Of a stretch of 64,000 nucleotides of DNA, positions 9,001-18,465 are shown piece by piece. Below the pieces are notes generated by a model. The model searched no databases. It saw only the letters and a program-made list of their open reading frames with translations, and was not told where the DNA came from. How positions within the stretch are numbered: position 1 is the first letter of the stretch; every line of letters starts with the position of its first letter. This stretch comes from Candidatus Uhrbacteria bacterium (lineage in GTDB: Bacteria; Patescibacteriota; Patescibacteriia; UBA9934): the NCBI GenBank assembly GCA_018664485.1, contig JABJOE010000006.1, forward strand, positions 7,294 through 71,293. Reading direction: 5' to 3'. The translations under genes and the position numbers were made by a program.

Positions 9001-12000
9001 TAGTTTAATCCTGACACTGAGCTTGATCCACAGTCACAAAGCTCTCCACCTGCAAGCGACCCATCTCCACAACTAAATGTAGAAGCATAAGTACAGTCAT
9101 TGTCACAGAATCCATATCTTCCGTTATATGAACCGTCGTCACATGTTTCACCAGTATCAATCACTCCGTTTCCACACTCAAACGCTTCGCATGTTGCGCC
9201 GTCTAGATCTTCACCGCCCAAACAGTCACTTGCACATGTCTGCGAGATTGAACCGTCAATATCATTTGTAGCGTCTCCGTCTCCGTCTGAGTCAACCGAA
9301 GCATCAGAGTCACAAGTAGCAGCGTCCATCTCCTGTCCGATTTCACAAATCTCAGTACCACCTATGACGCCATCTCCACAGATCGTCTCATCACCCCACC
9401 TTGTATTTGCACAGAAATACGATGGCGATGCGAAACCGTCACCACTTCCAGTCTTTGCATAAACCTGGAAGTTGTAGCTGTCAGATGTGTCCTGATCAAG
9501 ATCTTCTGTCCACGGAGTTCCGTGGAATTCCAACTCAGCACCCATGTAATATCCACCCTTACCATAAGCGCGGTAGTGGTAAACATTAGTCTCACGGTTA
9601 GGACAGAGATATTCTCCGTTAGTCTGATTCACACATGTATCTGCATCGTAATCAGTGTAATGACCATCTTCTCCACAGTTCACATATGCGTTTAGCGGAT
9701 CTGAAGGAGGCTCTTCTCCAAGTTCAGATCGGAGCTGTTCATTCCAAGAGCTCCACGCGGAAGAACTTAATGAAGCCACAAACGTTCCAGACTCAAGCTG
9801 AGGCGTTGCAGGAACACATTCTTCTGAATCTGGGCATTGACTATCACTTGTACATGTTTGAGAAGTTGTGTCGGAACAATATCCGTTTACATCTCCGTAG
9901 TCTTCGATCATTGCCGCGAGATCAGTAAGGTCAGTCAAACGAGTCATGTCACGCATGACCTTTGCAGCCTGATCGTCACATCTCTCACTATTCGCCCAAT
10001 CACAATCCTGGTCAGATACACATGTGTCATCCGTATATGAACCACCTGAGTCCATGCACAATGCCGTATCATCAAAGTTAGTATTAAATTCAAGGTTTGA
10101 AATCAACTGATTGTAGACTTCAACAGTCTCAGATGAAGCCCCCGAGTTGTAAGAGATAACAAACATATCCGAATACAACACAGAAGATGTCCTGTTCGGG
10201 AACGACACATAAGTAGTACGCCCATCTTGAACCGCCTTATATCCGCCAGCTACTGCAATTTCTGAAGGTGAACCAGCAAAACCTTGCTCCGTGTACCACG
10301 CCATTGGGCTTAGGTACTCTGAGTTTGAAGCAATACGAATTCCGATAGCGTCTCCCGTTGACTCGCCGTCAGCAAGTAGACGGAAGAAGTACTCTTTAAT
10401 GACATCATCAGTTTCAGTGTCTTCTGTCAGAACAACATCAACCTCTGGGAGATCATCATCTTCTGTTTCAGCTCCACTGTCCATACAATAGTATGTGGAG
10501 AAGTTCATCCAACCGATACCAGCTCTTGCACCATTTCCAGTACCAGTACTGTCATCAATGAATGGGAAGTCAGTAATTGCTGGCCATGGATTTTCACAAA
10601 CCATAGCTGTAGCAGATGTCGTTCCACTATGAGACTCGCCTTCAGTCTCTGACTGTACATCAACAGTAATAGTTGCAGTAGCGGTGATATTCACCTCTCC
10701 GTTTTCACCGGCCGCCGCATAGTTGGAGTCAGCCGTTCCGTCAGTGCTTGAACTCTCACTTTGCTGCGCTAGAATCTCCTCACCGGCGTCATCAGAACTC
10801 CAAGTAGACCACGTCCAATCATAGACGCTGCTAATAGGTTCAATTTGCTGTTTGATTCCAGTCTGATAAGAGAAACCGGCAGCCGTGTAGTCATGATCTT
10901 CTGAAACCTGCGTATAAACCCCAGGACTATCTTCGTCTGAGTCGGTTACCTCAACTACATCCATCAAACAAAGTTCATCATATGTTGTGAAATCAACATG
11001 ATCACTTTCCATTTCCACTCCATAGAATGACAACGCGCCCTCCTTATCTACATCAGTGTCAGACAAATCATCACCAACTACATATATTGTGTAGTCAGAA
11101 AGAGCTTCAAGGACAGTATCGTAATGGAATAAAACCTTGTAATCTCCGCTCTCCTCTAGGCTTTGAGATACGCTCGTAATTTCAACTGCACAATCTCCGC
11201 TTGACTGAGCTTGTACAACTCCAGTTCCAAATAGAGCACCAACACGGAAGAATGCACGCGCGAGCCAGCTATTTCCAACAGTTGCAGTTTCGGCATGTGC
11301 AATAGATGTATGTGTTTCCGGACAAGAACCGGAACCTATATCTAGAACAAGATACATGTTCTGTATATCCTCACCATCATCCAAATCGGTATAGAAGAAA
11401 CTTCCTAAGTCCATCTTTTCACTGAACAATCCGTAAATTGCAGCGTTACGGCAAGCGTCTGATCCGTTTGGATAAAGGCTTACCTCTGGACGCGCCATAC
11501 AACATGAGTTGTCCGCAGGTCCGTAATCACTTTCACAATCACTATCAACTTCCGCTACACATGAAAGATAAAGCGCAGTGCTGTCTGAAACGTCCTCATA
11601 CGTAACTTCAATCAAAGTTTCTGCCAATCGGCTATCTGTATCAACCTGCTCGGCAGCAGATGTCATGATCTCAACAAGCTGAAGAGGATCGATTATACCG
11701 TCACCTCCAGTTGCGTCATAAGTAGGATCTTCACATGATTCGAACTCTCCGGTACCAGCCTCACCGTCTCCACAGACTGACGGACTTGCATATGAGGTTG
11801 ATGCACCCTCCCAAAGACATTCATCACTACACCCTTCTGTTCCGTCACAATCCTCTCCCTCACCATATGCCCCTTGGTCAACGGCGTTATCTCCACAATC
11901 TCCATAATCTCCATCTGCACCTTCACGCAAACATATTGATGAACAACCGTCTTCGTCTTCAACTCCCCAGTCATCGCAGGTTTCGTAAGGTGTATCAATT

Positions 12001-15000
12001 ACTCCATCTCCACACTCGGCAGCGACTGACGTAAGTGCTGTAGAGCCTTCATTTAAACAAATTGCAGAACAACCATCACCAGATGAAGTACCTCCGTCAT
12101 CGCAATCCTCACCACCAACACTGTCGGAATGACCAACGCTTCCGTTTCCACAAGTAGCGCCCGCAGCTGCAGACCCTTCGTTGATACAAGATGAAGAACA
12201 TCCATCTCCGTCGGTAATATTACTGTCATCACACTCTTCTCCCGCATATGAGGAGTCCACGTCTACAACGCCATCTCCACAACAACCAGATCCAACGGCA
12301 TCACATGTGTCAGCGTAGGTACAGTCTGCATCAATAGCACAAACATCTCCACTCACAGAACACACACCTTCCTCTGAATCATCCGCGATTTCACATGTCT
12401 CGGCACAATCTTCATCGTCTGAACATGAGTCACCGCTTGAAGCACAGGTAAATGAACAGCTATTAGTTCCTTCCGCTAAACACTCTGAAGAGCATCCGTC
12501 TCCGTTTGTAACGTTTCCGTCATCACAGTCTTCTCCAGTTTCAATATCACCATCTCCACAAATTGCAGTGTAGACCTCGGAACCACCAGCAAGACACGAC
12601 TCGGTACAACCAGGCGCTATACCGTCTAAATCAACATCAAATAGTGAGGAGTTTATTTCAGTCCACTCTGCAACATCAACGTCATCAATAGGAACTGACC
12701 ATTCATAGTCATAGCTATAAGCAGATAACTGCTGACCAGTGGATGAACATTCATCCTGCTGACCATATGGCTGTACAAAATATTCAACAGTTTCACCAAT
12801 TGCCTCGGCTGTATAATTCTCAGGTGAAACTTCGAGCCGATCAACAGTACACAGAGACTCATCATCTTTTGTTGAAAATACCCAAGAGAAATCATCACCG
12901 TAGTTAGTGTCAGTTAGAGCAACCCCACTACTAGACTCAACGTCTCCGGAAATAATCACACGGAAATATGTATCAGCTGTCAGCTGGGCGTCCCATCCAG
13001 ATTCAGTAATTGTAAGTACAAATTCCTCACACTCAGACGATGTACAGCCAGCAGTGACGTCTACCTGAGTCAGTCCGACACACAACTCATTAGAACACTC
13101 GTACATGGTCACCATACCTGTGTCCTGAATTGAGCTGTCCATGTCGATATTGAAAGATGCACCGATCCCACTGTTAACACAAGCAGTATTACAGTTCGGA
13201 TAGTAGCTTGTTACATACGGATCTCTGTAGTCAATCTCAAGATCAGCGTCATCACCAATTCCGCTATCGTCTTCAATGGCATTTACAACACTCTCCCCTT
13301 CCGCAAGAGCTTCCGCTACAGCACAGGAGTCGTTCAAACTTGTATCATCACAGATTCCTTCCGTAAGTGACGCGTATGAAGATGTGTCTAAACTCCATGT
13401 CCATGCATATGTAGCACCACTTAACACCTGACAATCAGCAACAGGAAGCGCTTCATATTCAGTTGTTTCACCCTGCTCCTCAAGCAATTCAGAACTAGGG
13501 CTCACGATAACTCGCTCAATTTCACAATCGGCTGAGCTGTCATCTGTTAGGAACTCCCAGGTAACATCGCTATCCATCTGCACACCTTCTTCTGATTCAA
13601 CATCGCTTGAAACGGTTACTAAGTACCGTGTCTCGGTTGAAAAGCCACTGTGATCAATAGTGAAAGACGTAGCTGTTGAGCTTGATGTAATAGTTGGGGC
13701 GTCCATTGTGAATGTAGAGACGTCTTCACATGAAGAATCCGCACACTCTTCCACCGTAATATATTCAGATGTGAGGAAGTCTTCGTCCATAAGCTCCGTA
13801 AACGTTGCGCGAATCACAGCGTCAACACATACCTCATCTGTAAATCTCTCGTTTGGAACAGCTGAAATATCATCATCAGAACACTCAACTACGATTCCTG
13901 GCGTCTCAGGGATTGATCCTGTTCCAAAATACCAACTATAACCACCGTCCACAGTAGCCTCTTCGTCTTCCTCATCATCAGCACCAATCTCAAAATTTGA
14001 AGAGTTACTATCCTCCCCTTCATTATTCGTTATAAAAACTGGACCTGTTACCGCATCTGACGGAACAGATGTAACTATTTCGTCGTTTGACCAATCGTCA
14101 TCCTCAACGCTCGCGCTTGAACCGTCGTAGAATTCAATTGACCCTGTGCTTGATCCGAAATTGTCTCCATAGATAGTTACTGTGTCTCCAGACTCGCCGT
14201 CGTCTGGATCAATAGCACAAATACCAGGGGTTGGATCATCTTCTGTTACTTCAAAATCTACAGCATCGGACTCACCGCCGCTCCGCTTTTCAATATACAA
14301 CTCATAATCCCCAGCCTCCACGTCGTCTTCATTTGAAAATTCTTCCGGAACGATAATGACGATCTCAGAAGCACTCCAAAAACTTTCAGAACATGCGTCC
14401 GGGAACTCAATACTTCCCTGTGCTGCACCTAACGTTGGATGTTCAAACCAAACACTTCCAACGGAAGTTCCAAATCCAGAACCTGAAATGGTTACGTATT
14501 GTCCGATACCTCCCTCTTCCGGATCGATTGCGGAAATGATTGGTGAGTCATCATCCGTATCTTCCACTCCAAAACTGACAGTATTAGATTCAACTCCGTC
14601 AACCGTAATTGAAACGTCATAATAATCATTCACAGTAACAGACGGAACCGTTGCAGCTACATCAGTTGCGGACCATGACGTGTAAGAACCAGCCTCAGTC
14701 TCATCCTCATCTTCAGCTGTAAAAGTAATAACTGAATCACTCTGCGAATCTCCGAAATTCGTTCCCTCGATCGCAAATGCATCATTCACTTCAGCCTCGT
14801 TCGGCGAAATATCACACAAATTAGGACGAACGGTAGTATTCACGTCAAAGTCATCAATGATAGCACCGTTATCGTCGTCAGTTGTTTCCTCGTAGTCATT
14901 GCGAGTTACGATTGTAATTGGACCGTCTCCAGCACCTTCTGGCACCTCAACAATCACTTCATCATCACTCCAACCGTCTCCACATGAAGGAATCGTAGCC

Positions 15001-16385
15001 TCAACAGTTGAGCCGGCTCCATCGTCAAAATATACAGTACCTTCAACACTACCGAATCCGTCACCAGAGATAGTAACGAATGTTCCTTCAATTCCGTTAT
15101 CAGGTGACACGCTTTCAATTTCTGGATAGGACACACAAGTTCCTTCCAAACATGTACCCGACTCACAATCGCTATCTTCTTCACAACTTGAACCGTCACA
15201 AGACCCGCAATCCTCACCTCCACAATCCTCACCCTCTTCGTCTTCATCCTCTGTATCGTTGAAACAGTGAGCTGCAGTTGCCAAAATGCTGATTGAGTCA
15301 GTATCTGTGTTTCCTGCAATATCCGTCGCAGTCACTTCAAGCGTATATCTTGTTCCAGCCTCTAAATCTTCTGTAGAGTATGTCGTTTCAATAGTTACGT
15401 CCGACAAATCATCACCTTCAGCCGGAACACTATCAAACAGTACCTCTTCATCATCGTAGAAGTCAGCGGTTGCAACCTCGCTGTCATCTGTCGCTGTAAC
15501 CTGAACAAGAGTAGATGAATCTATTGAAATACGTTCACCGCTGTCTGGATATGTGAGTTCAACTTCAGGATCTTCAGTGTCTACTAATTCACCACTTGTG
15601 AAGCTTGAAGTACAACTATCATCCGAACATACGAGTGAGCTTCCTGAAGTACTTTCAATGTCATCACCAACCTCAACCGTGAATGCAGTATTTTCGTCGA
15701 AACAGTATCGATCATCGTTTGGCTCAGGGCATGCTGCGTCTGGTACAAACGTAATCTTGTTAGACGTAACGCTCAATGTTCCATCTACCTCTTCGCCAGT
15801 TTCATCATTTGTAATTGTAACGTTACCTGCGACCGTATCTTCATCAACTGATCGAGAGAAAGTAATTTGAACTTGAATATTTCTAATAACAACCTCGCCT
15901 TCTGGCGAGAAGTCGGTAACTGCAAAAGAAGTAACGCTCGATCCAGAACATCCTCCCAAACAGCTATCGCTACCGCTATCACTGCCAGAACCTGATCCCG
16001 ATCCACCACTTCCAGCTTCCAAAATAGACCCCAATATAAAGGATGTGATCGCAAATGAAAGCATTATAATGGTAAGTCCGACAATACCATTGAGCAATAT
16101 CTTTTTAGCGCTTTCAACCTTACTCGCATCACCACCGGCTGTCATCCAAACAAATCCACCCCATATAATAATGAGCACCGCAATGATTCCGAGCGTTCCT
16201 AAGAAAATTCGGATTATATTTGCAATGGTAACTTCCAGAGATTGGGTTGCAAGCCCTGACGCATCGCCTAACTCATCTAATGAGTCCTGTTGTGCATGCG
16301 TTACCTGCGGTATAGCCAAAAGCCCTCCCGTCATTATAAACAAGATGGCAAAGGCCGCGAATAAATTACGAAGTTTTGAGATCAT
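6033..16385 (-). CDS. Giant (3450 aa) cell-surface adhesin-like protein. Architecture: signal peptide plus two-helix membrane hairpin anchor, Gly-Ser linker, bacterial Ig-like domain, about 4 IPT/TIG-like domains, arrays of Myxococcus-type Cys-rich repeats, and a vWA domain with MIDAS.
   Basis: Single uninterrupted ORF. N-terminus MISKLRNLFAAFAILFIMTGGLLAIPQVTHA, then IIRIFLGTLGIIAVLIIIWGGFVWMTAGGDASKVESAKKILLNGIVGLTIIMLSFAITSFIL, then GSGGSGSGSGSDSGSDS. Repeated P..G..GT.VTI.G.GFG motifs (IPT/TIG). More than 15 copies of CGDG(V/S)(I/V)D.GE.CDDGN....DGC...C (Myxococcus cysteine-rich repeat). DMSGSM (DxSxS MIDAS) ...VVLMTDG (vWA) near nt 7180-7790. Confidence 0.85.
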   Translation of the reverse strand: MISKLRNLFAAFAILFIMTGGLLAIPQVTHAQQDSLDELGDASGLATQSLEVTIANIIRIFLGTLGIIAVLIIIWGGFVWMTAGGDASKVESAKKILLNGIVGLTIIMLSFAITSFILGSILEAGSGGSGSGSGSDSGSDSCLGGCSGSSVTSFAVTDFSPEGEVVIRNIQVQITFSRSVDEDTVAGNVTITNDETGEEVDGTLSVTSNKITFVPDAACPEPNDDRYCFDENTAFTVEVGDDIESTSGSSLVCSDDSCTSSFTSGELVDTEDPEVELTYPDSGERISIDSSTLVQVTATDDSEVATADFYDDEEVLFDSVPAEGDDLSDVTIETTYSTEDLEAGTRYTLEVTATDIAGNTDTDSISILATAAHCFNDTEDEDEEGEDCGGEDCGSCDGSSCEEDSDCESGTCLEGTCVSYPEIESVSPDNGIEGTFVTISGDGFGSVEGTVYFDDGAGSTVEATIPSCGDGWSDDEVIVEVPEGAGDGPITIVTRNDYEETTDDDNGAIIDDFDVNTTVRPNLCDISPNEAEVNDAFAIEGTNFGDSQSDSVITFTAEDEDETEAGSYTSWSATDVAATVPSVTVNDYYDVSITVDGVESNTVSFGVEDTDDDSPIISAIDPEEGGIGQYVTISGSGFGTSVGSVWFEHPTLGAAQGSIEFPDACSESFWSASEIVIIVPEEFSNEDDVEAGDYELYIEKRSGGESDAVDFEVTEDDPTPGICAIDPDDGESGDTVTIYGDNFGSSTGSIEFYDGSSASVEDDDWSNDEIVTSVPSDAVTGPVFITNNEGEDSNSSNFEIGADDEEDEEATVDGGYSWYFGTGSIPETPGIVVECSDDDISAVPNERFTDEVCVDAVIRATFTELMDEDFLTSEYITVEECADSSCEDVSTFTMDAPTITSSSTATSFTIDHSGFSTETRYLVTVSSDVESEEGVQMDSDVTWEFLTDDSSADCEIERVIVSPSSELLEEQGETTEYEALPVADCQVLSGATYAWTWSLDTSSYASLTEGICDDTSLNDSCAVAEALAEGESVVNAIEDDSGIGDDADLEIDYRDPYVTSYYPNCNTACVNSGIGASFNIDMDSSIQDTGMVTMYECSNELCVGLTQVDVTAGCTSSECEEFVLTITESGWDAQLTADTYFRVIISGDVESSSGVALTDTNYGDDFSWVFSTKDDESLCTVDRLEVSPENYTAEAIGETVEYFVQPYGQQDECSSTGQQLSAYSYDYEWSVPIDDVDVAEWTEINSSLFDVDLDGIAPGCTESCLAGGSEVYTAICGDGDIETGEDCDDGNVTNGDGCSSECLAEGTNSCSFTCASSGDSCSDDEDCAETCEIADDSEEGVCSVSGDVCAIDADCTYADTCDAVGSGCCGDGVVDVDSSYAGEECDDSNITDGDGCSSSCINEGSAAAGATCGNGSVGHSDSVGGEDCDDGGTSSGDGCSAICLNEGSTALTSVAAECGDGVIDTPYETCDDWGVEDEDGCSSICLREGADGDYGDCGDNAVDQGAYGEGEDCDGTEGCSDECLWEGASTSYASPSVCGDGEAGTGEFESCEDPTYDATGGDGIIDPLQLVEIMTSAAEQVDTDSRLAETLIEVTYEDVSDSTALYLSCVAEVDSDCESDYGPADNSCCMARPEVSLYPNGSDACRNAAIYGLFSEKMDLGSFFYTDLDDGEDIQNMYLVLDIGSGSCPETHTSIAHAETATVGNSWLARAFFRVGALFGTGVVQAQSSGDCAVEITSVSQSLEESGDYKVLFHYDTVLEALSDYTIYVVGDDLSDTDVDKEGALSFYGVEMESDHVDFTTYDELCLMDVVEVTDSDEDSPGVYTQVSEDHDYTAAGFSYQTGIKQQIEPISSVYDWTWSTWSSDDAGEEILAQQSESSSTDGTADSNYAAAGENGEVNITATATITVDVQSETEGESHSGTTSATAMVCENPWPAITDFPFIDDSTGTGNGARAGIGWMNFSTYYCMDSGAETEDDDLPEVDVVLTEDTETDDVIKEYFFRLLADGESTGDAIGIRIASNSEYLSPMAWYTEQGFAGSPSEIAVAGGYKAVQDGRTTYVSFPNRTSSVLYSDMFVISYNSGASSETVEVYNQLISNLEFNTNFDDTALCMDSGGSYTDDTCVSDQDCDWANSERCDDQAAKVMRDMTRLTDLTDLAAMIEDYGDVNGYCSDTTSQTCTSDSQCPDSEECVPATPQLESGTFVASLSSSAWSSWNEQLRSELGEEPPSDPLNAYVNCGEDGHYTDYDADTCVNQTNGEYLCPNRETNVYHYRAYGKGGYYMGAELEFHGTPWTEDLDQDTSDSYNFQVYAKTGSGDGFASPSYFCANTRWGDETICGDGVIGGTEICEIGQEMDAATCDSDASVDSDGDGDATNDIDGSISQTCASDCLGGEDLDGATCEAFECGNGVIDTGETCDDGSYNGRYGFCDNDCTYASTFSCGDGSLAGGELCDCGSSSVSGLNYGGSACTDLNSTYNSNPNSSCAWDCSGAASFCGDGEVDDGEGEVCDGNSDSWDGELCVGGTDEGAACEDDADCDSAVCGDSSSSWSEACEITTVCLAGTESLIGYPCTSNSYCGTDDGVCSTSTFPTTRTITCADDGEGGETCGWNSPWSTTAFWQGVSCVASSDCGDGVVDDGEECDDGNDDSTDDCTTECQLNVCGDGYLYDGEEQCDEGSDNGVVCDSQYDSTCSYCNDSCVQVTYSGAFCGDTIIEDEEVCDGTDLPYWYAQLDGSLYPEGNVYGMCDREDEGAVIVGPDSLAYYGCSNVGVCNGGDNNGLMCLNDSGCEDDDGDGECILPSCADGCESTCPFTYENDQLLMKTNELGARRSNEIEMISYDADVSGTLLTYGNSATVYFPACTVATRLTADVDYEFDIPDTKIIFSTDMSGSMAYVWDGTCADDGTSCHYDSTCEEDESVECEGETRMDTTIDSLQTSVDGIFEGLGSGVEIGFIGFTNYMEDSDCDPDTETCGAVEEVEYTYASNVDDGFFYDADNSVYAQSEVASYIARSGTYTYYGLKAAQTAFTTYSSTDDRQIVVLMTDGLWSCESCGASQIDPALMACQLKDDGVEIYTVALYSGSDSEVSPVEDAFCDDYRTEDGWMDEEEWMDSLCGNGVVDDVADEQCDDGNDVDEDDCTNECTSPVCGDGVINGEEECDSGGTETADCNYDEEADEDDHPATDCQESECGDEYTNTADGETCDGDTGSDISSCSSSCVISWECCSGYYGVSTYDCYAEGGVADITTCGGCDATCNPGSGSGTSSCNNDGSCDVGETYADCPFDCPAETLYSPWISPVRISWNIKEWKVMSIAESVADFALELVEIPVARAATSETCAADYVDLDLIDQMACWSSGNPNDDNDVDYAHNGSSADELEEIYEEIVNSIVSIRFTYVIDGEAVSGNVTEGDDVEIPWPAGFACDGENSQEIPIRISFDDNDSGGTVSLDDMRFRYCEP

Positions 16386-16423
16386 GATATTAGGGAGGAG
16401 TTGGAATGAAAATTACATTTAAG

Positions 16424-18319
16424 CTAACTACTGAAGTAGGAACAGTCAGTTGATTGAGCCTCACCGTTACAACAGAAAGGTTCTGTGTCACTCGTTCCAC
16501 AAGAACCACCCGAATCATCCGGCCCTTCTCCTGGAACGTAACAGTTTTGATATTGATTCCTCACTCCTTCCGTTACATCCACTGAGTAAAGATAGCTAGT
16601 TCCGTCGGTGTAACACTGCAGATCAGTATTACATGCCTCGCCCGACTCACAATCACCGTCTACAGCACAACTCTCACCCGTAAGTGCATCGTCGGTGGAA
16701 GCGAGGAATACTCCGTGCCGGATACCTGCCTGAGTTGCAACTGCAGTCTGCTCGGACGATACAACTTCATCGCCGTACTCATCGATTGAGTCAGTGCTAA
16801 CTACGTACCACATTTCGTGTGACGGGTTTGGTGTCGCGACAATATATTCACTCGACATTGTGTTACTCATCATGATGGAGTCAAACAAAACCGTAATCTC
16901 CTGATCCAACTCGACATTCTCCTCTAAAATATCTGGACCAATTGATTCAATCTCCGGCGCTTCCAAATTTACGTCGTCAGATGTTGAAAATGACCAGTCA
17001 TAGTCGTCTCCAGCTTCACCATCACCGTCACCGTCCAATGCATTTGCTGATACATCAACGATTCCGTCATATGGTGTCTCGGCCTGCGGCGCCGCATCTT
17101 CGTCAACGGTAGCGGCAATAACATCGACCGTAATATCTTCAAGTCCAGGCAAACAATAAATGAGTTCACCACACGAGTTTTCTCCACATTCATCGTCGGT
17201 AGTGTACGTAACAGTTTTGTAACCATTTGAAATAGCGTACTCACCAGTTAGCGGAACTGAGTCACCAATATGCGTTTGGATATTGCTAAATCCACTACCA
17301 CTCTCACGAGTTCCGGTTGACACTGTCGGATCCACAGCTTCTGAGAATGTAATTTGCACAACAATGTTTCTGTCATACTCGTCACCTGCTTCAGGCGACA
17401 CGCTCACAACATATGGCGGCGTTAGGTCAATTTCAGTTCCAACTTCGAATGACCACTCATACCCGCCAGTGTTTACCACCTGGTCGCCATCCTTATCTCC
17501 AACATCCTCCGAAATGAATACCGTGTACGAAGTATCTTCTGTTGAAGATCCAAGATAATCCTCTGGTGAGAAGCTAAACGTCTTTAGATCTTCCGTAAAC
17601 GTCACGCTCACTTCTTCAGATGTCAGGATACCTTCTTCTCCGTCCTCAGATCGATAAATCAAAATGTTGTCTGTATTTAATGTTGTCGCAACCGTATCGT
17701 CACTCGTATCATCCGGTGTACCGTTGGTGTCGTAGCCATCGATAAGCCCCTCAATGTCCATCGCACTCTTAAACGTAACTAGAATATTGATATTTCTCGC
17801 AGCACCAGTCGCATTGCGCGCTGGGAAGTGGTCGCGGATTCCACCCTGCCCAAGAGATCCAGAACTTCGCTCGATTGATGCCGAGCTATCACTTCCGCTT
17901 CCAGAACCGCTTCCGCCACCTCCACCGATCAATGCACCCGTAAGCGCGCTAATGATAAAAGCTGTGATCGCATAAGATGCCATAACTATCACAAGTCCGA
18001 CAACTCCGTTGATCATCCACTTCTTTGCTTTTTCAACTTTGTCAGCATCACCACCGGCTGTCATCCAAAGGAAACCAGCGTAGATGATAATGATCAGAAG
18101 AACGATTCCAAGTGCACTCAAGAATACACTTACTAACGTCCCTATAACTTCTGGCAGGCTTGCGGTACTAAGACCTGACGCACCTCCGGCTACAGCGAGC
18201 TCCGACGATTGCGCAAGAACAGCGCTCGGAATAAACGCAAAAATACCGGTGACCAGAGTGATCCCGAATAGGAGAACAAGCGCTTTTGATAAACGCATCG
18301 TTATTTGATTCACATGCAT
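16424..18319 (-). CDS. Paralog (631 aa) of the giant surface protein, with the same N-terminal anchor module and Ig-like domain but a short Cys-containing ectodomain.
   Basis: N-terminus MRLSKALVLLFGITLVTGIFAFIPSAVLA, then ...YAGFLWMTAGGDADKVEKAKKWMINGVVGLVIVMASYAITAFII, then GGGGGSGSGSGSDSS. A 25-nt identical stretch (18045-18069 vs 16126-16150) encodes the WMTAGGDA loop. The TPPYVVSVSPEAGDEYDRNIVVQITFSEAVD bacterial Ig-like motif matches the giant's ISPEGEVVIRNIQVQITFSRSVD. Confidence 0.8.
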   Translation of the reverse strand: MHVNQITMRLSKALVLLFGITLVTGIFAFIPSAVLAQSSELAVAGGASGLSTASLPEVIGTLVSVFLSALGIVLLIIIIYAGFLWMTAGGDADKVEKAKKWMINGVVGLVIVMASYAITAFIISALTGALIGGGGGSGSGSGSDSSASIERSSGSLGQGGIRDHFPARNATGAARNINILVTFKSAMDIEGLIDGYDTNGTPDDTSDDTVATTLNTDNILIYRSEDGEEGILTSEEVSVTFTEDLKTFSFSPEDYLGSSTEDTSYTVFISEDVGDKDGDQVVNTGGYEWSFEVGTEIDLTPPYVVSVSPEAGDEYDRNIVVQITFSEAVDPTVSTGTRESGSGFSNIQTHIGDSVPLTGEYAISNGYKTVTYTTDDECGENSCGELIYCLPGLEDITVDVIAATVDEDAAPQAETPYDGIVDVSANALDGDGDGEAGDDYDWSFSTSDDVNLEAPEIESIGPDILEENVELDQEITVLFDSIMMSNTMSSEYIVATPNPSHEMWYVVSTDSIDEYGDEVVSSEQTAVATQAGIRHGVFLASTDDALTGESCAVDGDCESGEACNTDLQCYTDGTSYLYSVDVTEGVRNQYQNCYVPGEGPDDSGGSCGTSDTEPFCCNGEAQSTDCSYFSS

Positions 18320-18465
18320 GTTGCTATATAGGTTGTACGAAGTTGTTCCCTCGCACCTACATTATAAAGGAACGCGAGTATGAACGCGAACGGGGTGTGG
18401 AATAAACTCAACACCCGTCCAACCACACAGATCAGACGGGTGAGAATATATAGATTTTTTAAAAA

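Noticed and set aside
6467-16422. About 30 short ORFs (60-125 aa) on both strands inside the giant gene.
   Set aside because: All are embedded in a single continuous 10.35-kb frame with consistent domain content. His/Leu/Arg-rich translations are typical out-of-frame artefacts.
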